From contig JAUCBJ010008588.1 in the NCBI GenBank assembly GCA_032718475.1, positions 1-58,581 on the forward strand: a stretch of DNA of 58,581 bases. The letters run 5' to 3'. The notes below the pieces were generated by a model. The model saw only the letters and a program-made list of their open reading frames with translations. It did no database searches and was not told the DNA's origin. Positions 25,601-35,909 of the stretch are shown here, one piece after another (the stretch's first letter is position 1; each line of letters begins with the position of its first letter). Position numbers and translations under genes: made by a program. This DNA comes from Nemertoderma westbladi. Its lineage: Eukaryota > Animalia > Xenacoelomorpha.

Positions 25601-28600
25601 CCAGAACAAATAATGTAAGGTTGGTTACAGGTCAGAAGAGAAGGAAAAGTGCAAGAACAAACAGTGTGAGGTTGGTTACAGGTCAGAAGAGAAGGAAAAG
25701 TACCAAAAACAAACAGTGTAAGGTTGGTTAGGTTACAGGTCAGAAGAGAAGGAAAAGTGCAAGAACAAACAGTGTAAGATTGGTTACAGGTCAAAAGAGA
25801 AGGAAAAGTACCAGAACAAACAGTGTAAGGTTGGTTACAGCTCAGAAGAGAAGGAAAAGTGCCAAAAACAAACAGTGTAAGGTTAGTTATAGGTCAGAAG
25901 AGAAGGAAAAGTGCCAAAAACAAACAGTGTAAGGTTGGTTACAGGTCATAAGAGAAGGAAAAGTGCCAAAGCAAACAGTATAAGTTTGGTTACAGGTCAG
26001 AAGAGAAGGAAAAGTGCCGGAACAAACAGTGTAAGATTGGTTACAGGTCAGAAGAGAAGGAAAAGTGCCAAAAATAAACAGTGTAAGGTTAGTTATAGGT
26101 CAGAAGAGAAGGAAAAGTGCCAAAAACAAACAGTGTAAGGTTGGTTACAGGTCAGAAGAGAAGGAAAAGTGCCAAAGCAAACAGTATAAGTTTGGTTACA
26201 GGTCAGAAGAGAAGGAAAAGTGCCGGAACAAACAGTGTAAGATTGGTTACAGGTCAGAAGAGAAGGAAAAGTGCCAAAAACAAACAGTGTAAGATTGGTT
26301 ATAGGTCAGAAGAGAAGGAAAAGTGCCAGAACAAACAGTGTAAGGTTAGTTATAGGTCAGAAGAGAAGGAAAAGTGCCAAAAACAAACAGTGTAAGGTTG
26401 GTTACAGGTCAGAAGAGAAGGAAAAGTGCCAAAGCAAACAGTATAAGTTTGGTTACAGGTCAGAAGAGAAGGAAAAGTGCCGGAACAAACAGTGTAAGAT
26501 TGGTTACAGGTCAGAAGAGAAGGAAAAGTGCCAAAAACAAACAGTGTAAGGTTGGTTACAGGTCAGAAGAGAAGGAAAAGTACCAAAGCAAACAGTATAA
26601 GTTTGGTTACATCTCAGAAGAGAAGGAAAAGTGCCGGAACAAACAGTGCAAGGTTGGTTACAGATCAGAAGAGAAGGAAAAGTGCCAGAACAAACAGTGT
26701 AAGATTGGTTACAGGTCAGAAGAGTAGGAAAAGTGCCAGAACAAACAGTGTAAGGTTGGTTACAGGTCAGAAGAGAAGGAAAAGTGCCAAAAACAAACAG
26801 TGTAAGATTGGTTACAGGTCAAAAGAGAAGGAAAAGTGCCAAAAACAAACAGTGTAAGGTTGGTTACAGGTCAGAAGAGAAGGAAAAGTGCCGGAACAAA
26901 CAGTGCAAGGTTGGTTACAGATCAGAAGAGAAGGAAAAGTGCCAGAACAAACAGTGTAAGATTGGTTACAGGTCAGAAGAGTAGGAAAAGTGCCAGAACA
27001 AACAGTGTAAGGTTGGTTACAGGTCAGAAGAGAAGGAAAAGTGCCAAAAACAAACAGTGTAAGATTGGTTACAGGTCAAAAGAGAAGGAAAAGTGCCAAA
27101 AACAAACAGTGTAAGGTTGGTTACAGGTCAAAAGAGAAGGAAAAGTGCCAAAACAAACAGTATAAGTTTGGTTACAGGTCAGAAGAGAAGGAAAAGTGCC
27201 GGAACAAACAGTGCAAGATTGGTTACAGGTCAAAAGAGAAGGAAAAGTGCCAAAACAAACAGTATAAGTTTGGTTACAGGTCAGAAGAGAAGGAAAAGTG
27301 CCGGAACAAACAGTGTAAGGTTGGTTACAGATCAGAAGAGAAGGAAAAGTGCCAGAACAAACAGTGTAAGATTGGTTACAGGTCAGAAAAGAAGGAATAG
27401 TGCCAGAACAAATAATGTAAGGTTGTTTACAGGTCAGAAGAGAAGGAAAAGTGCCAAAAACAAACAGTGTAAGGTTGGTTACAGGTCAGAAGAGAAGGAA
27501 AAGTGCCAAAACAAACAGTATAAGTTTGGTTATAGGTCAGAAGAGAAGGAAAAGTGCCGGAACAAACAGTGCAAGATTGGTTACAGGTCAAAAGAGAAGG
27601 AAAAGTGCCAAAACAAACAGTATAAGTTTGGTTACAGGTCAGAAGAGAAGGAAAAGTGCCGGAACAAACAGTGCAAGGTTGGTTACAGATCAGAAGAGAA
27701 GGAAAAGTGCCAGAACAAACAGTGTAAGATTGGTTACAGGTCAGAAAAGAAGGAATAGTGCCAGAACAAATAATGTAAGGTTGTTTACAGGTCAGAAGAG
27801 AAGGAAAAGTGCCAAAAACAAACAGTGTAAGGTTGGTTACAGGTCAGAAGAGAAGGAAAAGTGCCAAAACAAACAGTATAAGTTTGGTTATAGGTCAGAA
27901 GAGAAGGAAAAGTGCCGGAACAAACAGTGCAAGGTTGGTTACAGATCAGAAGAGAAGGAAAAGTGCCAGAACAAACAGTGTAAGATTGGTTACAGGTCAG
28001 AAGAGTAGGAAAAGTGCCAGAACAAACAGTGTAAGGTTGGTTACAGGTCAGAAGAGAAGACAAAGTTCCAGAACAAACAGTGTAAGGTTGGTTTCAGGTC
28101 AGAAGAGAAGACAAAGTGCCAGAACAAACAGCATAAGATTGGTTACAGGTCAGAAGAGAAGAAAAGTGCTAGAACAAACAGTATAAGGTTGGTTACAGGT
28201 CGGAAGAGAAGACAAAGTGCCAGAACAAATAGTGTAAGGTTGGTTACAGGTCAGAAGAGAAGGAAAAGTGCAAGAACAAACAGTGTAAGGTTGGTTATAG
28301 GTCAGAAGAGAAGAAAAAGTGCCAGAATAAACAGCATAAGGTTGGTTACAGGTCAGAAGAGAAGGAAAAGTGCCAGAACAAACAGTGTAAGGTTGATTAT
28401 AGGTCAGAAGAGAAGGAAAAGTGCCCGAACAAATGGTGTAAGGTTAGTTATAGGTCAGAAGAGAAGGAAAAGTGCCAGAACAAACAGTGTAAGGTTGGTT
28501 ACAGGTCAGAAGAGAAGGAAAAGTGCCAGAACAAACAGTGTAAGGTTGGTTATAGGTCAGAAGAGAAGAAAAAGTGCCAGAATAAACAGCATAAGGTTGG

Positions 28601-29334
28601 TTACAGGTCAGAAGAGAAGGAAAAGTGCCAGAACAAACAGTGTAAGTTTGGTTACAGGTCAGAAGAGAAAGAAAAGTGCCAGGACAAACAATATAAGTTT
28701 GGTTACAGGTCAGAAGAGAAGGAAAAGTGCCTGAACAAACAGTGTAAGGTTGATTATAGGTCAGAAGAGAAGGAAAAGTGCCCGAACAAATGGTGTAAGG
28801 TTAGTTATAGGTCAGAAGAGAAGGAAAAGTGCAAGAACAAACAGTGTAAGATTGGTTACAGGTCAAAAGAGAAGGAAAAGTGCCTGAACAAACAGTGTAA
28901 GGTTGATTATAGGTCAGAAGAGAAGGAAAAGTGCCCGAACAAATGGTGTAAGGTTGGTTACAGGTCAGAAGAGAAGGAAAAGTGCAAGAACAAACAGTGT
29001 AAGATTGGTTACAGGTCAGAAGAGAAGGAAAAGTGCCAGAATAAACAGCATAAGGTTGGTTACAGGTCAGAAGAGAAGGAAAAGTGCCAGAACAAACAGT
29101 GTAAGTTTGGTTACAGGTCAGAAGAGAAAGAAAAGTGCCAGGACAAACAATATAAGTTTGGTTACAGGTCAGAAGAGAAAGAAAAGTGCCAGGACAAACA
29201 ATATAAGTTTGGTTACAGGTCAGAAGAGAAGGAAAAGTGCCCGAACAAATGGTGTAAGGTTGGTTTCAGGTCAGAAGAGAAGGAAATGTGCCAGAACAAA
29301 CAGTGTAGGGTTGGTTATAGGTCAGAAGAGAAGA

Positions 29335-29531
29335 TGTGCATTAATTATATTTTAACGCGATTTTAATTGAATATACCGCTGAAGACGCCCGCGAGGGTGA
29401 AATGGCCATACGGTAAATAATTAACTTCATTTTTTATATATCCACGTGGTGAAAGACCCTTCCTTGCCTTTATTAATCCTGTAATTATGAATACGCCACG
29501 TAAAACGTCATTCCGGTTAATCCAAAACCTA
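29335..29531 (+). mobile_element. ~195-bp insertion in the array, probable Penelope-like element pLTR fragment
   Basis: Unique sequence interrupts a repeat unit (gtgca...agaacaaac) and carries a minimal hammerhead motif of the kind found in Penelope-like elements. Confidence 0.65.
29374..29415 (+). ncRNA. Minimal type I hammerhead ribozyme
   Basis: Stem I taccg/cggta; core CUGAAGA; stem II gccc-GCGA-gggt; GAAA; palindromic stem III aTGGCCAt; AUA cleavage triplet with predicted cut after 29410. Confidence 0.8.
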
Positions 29532-29841
29532 AGAACAAACAGTGTAAGGTTGGTTATAGGTCAAAAGAGAAGGAAAAGTGCAAGAACAAACAGTGTAAGG
29601 TTAGTTACAGGTCAAAAGAGAAGGAAAAGTGCAAGAACAAACAGTGTAAGATTGGTTACAGGTCAGAAGAGACGGAATAGTGCCAGAACAACAGTGTAAG
29701 GTTGGTTACAGGTCAGAAGAGAAGGAAAAGTGCTTGAACAAACAGTGTAAGGTTGGTTACAGGTCAGAAGAGAAGGAAAAGTTCCAGAACAACAGTGTAA
29801 GGTTGGTTACAGGTCAGAAGAGAAGGAAAAGTGCGAGAACA

Positions 29842-30523
29842 AACAGGGGCGATAGGTTCCTGGAGCATTAGGTCCCGCACCGCGATATATAACCAGGGGC
29901 GATAGGTTCCTGGAGCATTAGATCCCGCACCGCGATATATAACCAGGGGCGATAGGTTCCTGAAGCATTAGGTCCCGCACCGCGATATATAACCAGGGGC
30001 GATAGGTTCATGGAGCATTAGATCCCGCACCGCGATATATAACCAGGGGCGATAAGTTCCTGGAGCATTAGGTCCCTCACCGCGATATATAACCAGGGAC
30101 AATAGGTTCCTGGAGCATTAGGTCCCGCGCCGCGATATATAACCAGGGGCGATAGGTTCCTGGAGCATTAGGTCCCGCACCGCGATATCTCATCAGGGCG
30201 ATAGGTTCCTTGAGCATTAGGTCCCGCACCGCGATATCTCATCAGGGGCGACAGGTTCCTGGAGCATTAGGTCCCGCACCGCGATATATAACCAGGGGCG
30301 ATAGGTTCCTGGAGCATTAGGTCCCGCACCGCGATATCTCATCAGGGCGATAGGTTCCTTGAGCATTAGGTCCCGCACCGCGATATCTCATCAGGGGCGA
30401 CAGGTTCCTGGAGCATTAGGTCCCCCACCGCGATATCTCATCAGGGGCGACAGGTTCCTGGAGCATTAGGTCCCCCACCGCGATATCTCATCAGGGGCGA
30501 CAGGTTCCTGGAGCATTAGGTCC
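29842..30523. repeat. 50-bp tandem array, ~13-14 copies
   Basis: Unit aaccaggggcgataggttcctggagcattaggtcccgcaccgcgatatat; it directly abuts the 51-bp array. Confidence 0.96.
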
Positions 30524-31141
30524 TGCAGCAGAAAGGGTCAGGTTTGTAAAGGAGCAGGATTCAGAGGCAGCGATCGGGGAGCCTAACAACAAACTAAAGT
30601 TAACGTGCAGGTTAGTAAAGAGTTACATTCGGAAAAGTGCTACTTTCGGACTGTAAGTTTAAAGGGCAGGATACTGCATCGTTAGGGCCTGAGATTTTCA
30701 GGGAAAGGTTTACTGCGATATGTTATTCTACCCAAAAAAATAAACGAAAGTCAATAGCACATGTTATACAGCTTATTTTTGCTAGAAATCAGTTAATACT
30801 GTACTAAAAAATTCAATTGCTACAAAAATAATACAAATACAATTCCCTAACAACGCAAGACCTACTGACCAAAGGACACCATTTAAACGTGAAGCAGCGA
30901 AAGTGAATGAGGTTATTTTTAGTGGAAAGAGATTAATATTAGTGGAAAATTAATAATTTTAGTGGAAGTTGATTAAATTTTAAATTATTTTTAGTGAAAT
31001 AAGATTATATTTGGTTGGATACAAAGTTAAAAATAGTTAAAAATATTTTTAATGGAAATCCAATTACAAAACGTGGATAATAATAATTATTGGTTAAGGA
31101 AAAATTTAGTGGGAAATAAATTTGTTGCGTTAATTTAACAG

Positions 31142-31305
31142 ATCGTCATCAGTCGCATCAAATACTTCGTCAGTTGGGAGTGGCGTATCAGGGAAGGCGT
31201 CAGAGACATCGGTTGTTACCAAACTCACTGCTATGGGGGATTACACGGCATCGTTAAGGGTAGAAACATTACTACAGGCATTACGTCACGAATACTACAA
31301 CTCAG
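31142..31305 (+). CDS. RGS22: RGS22-like exon (SSSVASN...VETLLQALRHEYYNS)
   Basis: ttaacag acceptor, CAG|gtaggt donor, phase 2-1. Confidence 0.85.
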
Positions 31306-31546
31306 GTAGGTCTAACTAATATCTAACGCCATAATATTACAAAGCCGCAATGATTAGTGTGATCAATTAGTTTACCATAACCGCCAAAAGCTAGAGATTG
31401 TTTTAGATTTTGCAATATTGGTATATATGACAAGACAAGGATGTGTGGAGGGGCATTATTTTGTAGACTGCCGGTGTTGCTCTCTAAATGTGCACGGCCA
31501 GCTATGTAACAACATTTATTAGCACTACACAATTAACGTTACATAG

Positions 31547-31689
31547 GTGGATTCTTCTATCACTTTGTTAAGGACAGCCAGAAACAGCTGTGGATTAATT
31601 GTCTCGAGTTTTGGCACGAATTACAATCTTATCACTCAACATTCTATTCCCACATCATCGACGCTAATTTACTTCAAAAGAAATCCAAA
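31547..31689 (+). CDS. RGS22: RGS22-like exon, second RGS-like domain (GFFYHF...CLEFWHELQSYH)
   Basis: acatag acceptor, gtaaga donor, phase 1-0, RGS FW motif. Confidence 0.9.
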
Positions 31690-31756
31690 GTAAGATATTA
31701 TGTAAATACGGTAAAATAAGTTTGTGTTTCATATTAGGTTGTATTACATGGCGACT

Positions 31757-33566
31757 ATGTAGGCCTACTTGTGGATCTTCTAATGATGCACTGTTATCAT
31801 TTACAGTATTATATGTAGGCCTACTTGTGGATCTTCTAATGATGCACTGTTATCATTTACAGTATTATATGTAGGCCTACCTGTGGATCTGCTAATGATG
31901 CACTGTATTACATGGCGACTATGTAGGCCTACTTCTGGATCTTCTAATGATGCACTGTTATCATATACAGTATTATATGTAGGCCTACTTGTGGATCTTC
32001 TAATGATGTACTGTTATCATATACAGTATTATATGTAGGCCTACTTGTGGATCTTCTAATGATGCACTGTTATCATTTACAGTATTATATGTAGGCCTAC
32101 TTGTGGATCTTCTAATGATGCACTGTTATCATTTACAGTATTATATGTAGGCCTACTTGTGGATCTTCTAATGATGCACTGTTATCATTTACAGTATTAT
32201 ATGTAGGCCTACTTGTGGATCTTCTAATGATGCACTGTTATCATTTACAGTATTATATGTAGGCCTACTTGTGGATCTTCTAATGATGCACTGTTATCAT
32301 TTACAGTATTATATGTAGGCCTACTTGTGGATCTTCTAATGATGCACTGTTATCATTTACAGTATTATATGTAGGCCTACTTGTGGATCTTCTAATGATG
32401 CACTGTTATCATTTACAGTATTATATGTAGGCCTACTTGTGGATCTTCTAATGATGCACTGTTATCATTTACAGTATTATATGTAGGCCTACTTGTGGAT
32501 CTTCTAATGATGCACTGTTATCATTTACAGTATTATATGTAGGCCTACTTGTGGATCTTCTAATGATGCACTGTTATCATTTACAGTATTATATGTAGGC
32601 CTACTTGTGGATCTTCTAATGATGCACTGTTATCATTTACAGTATTATATGTAGGCCTACTTGTGGATCTTCTAATGATGTACTGTTATCATATACAGTA
32701 TTATATGTAGGCCTACTTGTGGATCTTCTAATGATGCACTGTTATCATTTACAGTATTATATGTAGGCCTACTTGTGGATCTTCTAATGATGCACTGTTA
32801 TCATTTACAGTATTATATGTAGGCCTACTTGTGGATCTTCTAATGATGCACTGTTATCATTTACAGTATTATATGTAGGCCTACTTGTGGATCTTCTAAT
32901 GATGCACTGTTATCATTTACAGTATTATATGTAGGCCTACTTGTGGATCTTCTAATGATGCACTGTTATCATTTACAGTATTATATGTAGGCCTACTTGT
33001 GGATCTTCTAATGATGCACTGTTATCATTTACAGTATTATATGTAGGCCTACTTGTGGATCTTCTAATGATGCACTGTTATCATTTACAGTATTATATGT
33101 AGGCCTACTTGTGGATCTTCTAATGATGCACTGTTATCATTTACAGTATTATATGTAGGCCTACTTGTGGATCTTCTAATGATGCACTGTTATCATTTAC
33201 AGTATTATATGCAGGCCTACTTGTGGATCTTCTAATGATGCACTGTTATCATTTACAGTATTATATGTAGGCCTACTTGTGGATCTTCTAATGATGCACT
33301 GTTATCATTTACAGTATTATATGTAGGCCTACTTGTGGATCTTCTAATGATGCACTGTTATCATTTACAGTATTATATGTAGGCCTACTTGTGGATCTTC
33401 TAATGATGCACTGTTATCATTTACAGTATTATATGTAGGCCTACTTGTGGATCTTCTAATGATGCACTGTTATCATTTACAGTATTGTATGTAGGCCTAC
33501 CTGTGGATCTGCTAATGATGCACTGTATTACAACGCGACTATGTAGGCCTACTTGTGGATCTTCTA
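31757..33566 (+). repeat. 56-bp tandem array, ~32 copies, resembling the downstream 3' splice site
   Basis: Unit tattatatgtaggcctacttgtggatcttctaatgatgcactgttatcatttacag; the real acceptor is tgttatcatttacag|ttgttatat at 33602. Confidence 0.97.
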
Positions 33567-33602
33567 AGACGTACTTGTGACACTGTTTGTTATCATTTAC
33601 AG

Positions 33603-33797
33603 TTGTTATATCGCCAGTACGTGGAGGAATGTTCTACCTCGTCTATCGCTGCGCCCCCTAGCGTGCGATCAGATATTTTGCGACGTTTGGATCCGCCGTT
33701 TGAGGATTTATTTGATGCGGCTGAAGAAATAGCATTGTTCGTCCTGCGCGAGCCCTGGGATCAGTTGAAGAATGCGGAAAAAGCGTCGGCCAATAAG
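33603..33797 (+). CDS. RGS22: RGS22-like exon (LLYRQY...LDPPFEDLFDAAEE...EPW)
   Basis: tttacag acceptor, AAG|gtaact donor, phase 0-0, conserved motif. Confidence 0.92.
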
Positions 33798-34371
33798 GTA
33801 ACTTAATTTGCATTCCTTTACTAACTACAGTTCAGTATAGCCGTGATGTTTGAGCGCAGAACTCCCAAACGGAAGGCCATTGTCATTTATTAAGGAACTG
33901 TTTACGTAGACTTTATTGCTGGACTGGTAGGCACCTAGACTCCAATATTGCGAAGGGATTTTTAACTTTAAAACGTTAGAAAATTGAAATTAAATTATTA
34001 TTAATATTTTATTAAAATTAATTGAATAAATTAATTAATACATAAAATAAACGACCTAACTGCATTAATGATAACTAACCAGCTTACTAACTCTAACCTA
34101 ATGCAAACAGCATGAAGACTACCTGTAGGGATATTGCACAAATAATATATTAATTTAATTAACTAAAAAAATGTATCAGTTCAATAAGTCGGAAACTAAA
34201 CTCACGGAAATTTACTGATATTAACCGTAACATATTGTATAAATATATAAAACAGGAGGAGTGTAAAAAAGTAGATAATATGGACGGCCCAGTGGAAATA
34301 AACTTACTTTATGTAATTCGTATAAATTATTTCGTTAAATTAAAGTGACAACATTTAGTGATATAATCTAC

Positions 34372-35379
34372 CTAGAGTTCCCCAGCGGACGCCTCTAGCG
34401 GCGCCGCTGTCTGGGCGGTCTCCCCCCCGTCGACGAGCCGCCACAACCCGTACGGCTCCCCGACCTGCTGCTGCCACAGTCGCACTGTGCCGTCCTCGCT
34501 GGCGCTCGCGTAGACGGCCCCGTCGGGCGCGTAGACGACTGCGTGGACCGGCCCGAAGTGCGACTTACTGGCGCCCAACTGCATCCCAGACTCGAGTTCG
34601 TAGCGGTAGACCAGATGGTCCGCGCCCCCGACCACCATGTAGTCCGGGAGGTGCGAGGCGGCGGTCAGCGCCTCGCAGGGCAGTCGGACTGTCTGCAGAC
34701 AGTCGAAGCGTTCCGCGTCATACAGATAGACGCGGGTCCCGCTGCAGACGAGCAGCCGTCGTCCGTCGGCCGTGAACGCGAGTCCGCGGATCGGATCCTC
34801 GAACATCCGGCCCCGGATGTCCGTCCGGAGACGGTGGAGGTCCCACTTCCGTAGCGAGCGGTCCTCGGCGCAGCTGAACGCGAAGGCCCCGCAGCGGGAG
34901 ACCGCCAGGTCCCGGATCGACTGCTCGTGGCCCTCGAGCACCGTCGGAGTCGCGTCCGGCCGCTCCAGGTCGAACAAGTTGAGGAGTTTCTCGGCACCGC
35001 CGGTTAACAGGTACCGCGTGTCCTCCGAGAAGTCGACCGCCTTTACGATGTGTTTGTGTTCGAAAGTGTGCAGCTCGGAACCGGTTTCAGCGTCCCAGAG
35101 TTTCGTCGTAAAGTCAGCGGAACCCGTCGCGCAACGGGTCCCTTCCCCGTTGATCACGCAGCTCCAAACGGCGCCTTTGTGTCCCTCGAAGGTCCCCAAC
35201 CAATCGCCGGTAGCTCCATCTCGCAGCATCGGTTTGCCGTCTTTAGACGCACTCAATAGTAGGAAGTTAACATCGTCGGCGTCGTCTAGGACTTTGCTGT
35301 AACTCAGGTCTACTACCGGTCGTGTGTGCCCCGGGCATATAAGTGGCATCTGTTTCAAGTTGTTGGGAAGTAAAGACAT
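34372..35379 (-). CDS. STRAP: Serine-threonine kinase receptor-associated protein (STRAP/UNRIP, WD40), intronless CDS nested antisense in an RGS22 intron
   Basis: Complete 335-aa ORF with the STRAP signatures PLICPGHTRPVVDL, SASKDGKPMLRDGATGDWLGTFEGHKGAVW, HKHIVK and HFGPVH..YASASEDGTVRLW. Confidence 0.95.
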   Translation of the reverse strand: MSLLPNNLKQMPLICPGHTRPVVDLSYSKVLDDADDVNFLLLSASKDGKPMLRDGATGDWLGTFEGHKGAVWSCVINGEGTRCATGSADFTTKLWDAETGSELHTFEHKHIVKAVDFSEDTRYLLTGGAEKLLNLFDLERPDATPTVLEGHEQSIRDLAVSRCGAFAFSCAEDRSLRKWDLHRLRTDIRGRMFEDPIRGLAFTADGRRLLVCSGTRVYLYDAERFDCLQTVRLPCEALTAASHLPDYMVVGGADHLVYRYELESGMQLGASKSHFGPVHAVVYAPDGAVYASASEDGTVRLWQQQVGEPYGLWRLVDGGETAQTAAPLEASAGEL

Positions 35380-35909
35380 TGCCAGATTGTTATTTACTAT
35401 ATACTATTTACTATGACCGGTTGGTTTATTAATTATCTAAATAATTAAATGTATTATAAAATAATAGTCTTCCAAATGTCAGCCTTGCTTCTACCAAACT
35501 ATGGTCTGATGGTGCAAAAAAATGTTTGCAAAGTTTCAGAGATACGAATGTGTTTGGTCTGAGATATGGCAGATAAGTTCTTCCATGCGTTCTAGAAGTA
35601 AAATAACTTGTAGAACGCCAAGATTCTTTCCCTCGCTCGACATACTGACATGCCTACGCTACGGTACCGGTGTCAGTATATTATTGATACAAACTGAAAC
35701 AAATTAATGGTAATTTGTAAAGCAACACAGCTGTACATACCGGTACCTACTGTAACCTACCGGTTCGATGTTATATGAAACTGAAAGCAAATTGATGATT
35801 ACGAGATCTGAATGTACAACGGTTCAGTGTTGTGTGCTGTGCTGTGCCAGTGCAAGCCAGTGCATACAAAATACTGCTGTAATATGGCTTTACTATATTA
35901 TGCAAAAGG

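Larger units (their letters stand above)
16568..29846 (+). repeat. 51-bp tandem array, ~250 copies, derived from an exon/intron junction
   Basis: Unit gtcagaagagaaggaaaagtgccagaacaaacagtgtaag|gttggttacag = 40 nt of exon end + 11 nt of intron start; it encodes GQKRRKSARTNSVRLVT. Confidence 0.98.

Noticed and set aside
16468-28063. Minus-strand Cys-rich repeat ORFs (TCNQPYTVCSGTFPSLL)n
   Set aside because: These are antisense shadows of a 3n repeat unit with no unique sequence, genuine start or gene context.
19238-29871. Many short + strand ORFs (MPKTNSVRL... / KQCKVGYRSEEKEKC)
   Set aside because: They are frameshifted readings of the satellite using GTG/TTG starts, not independent genes.
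30180-30500. CTGATGA motif on the minus strand of 50-bp repeat variants as hammerheads
   Set aside because: No stem II followed by GAAA and no NUH site could be built.
34543-35302. Overlapping ORFs around STRAP
   Set aside because: A by-product of GC-rich codon usage; no recognisable motifs.
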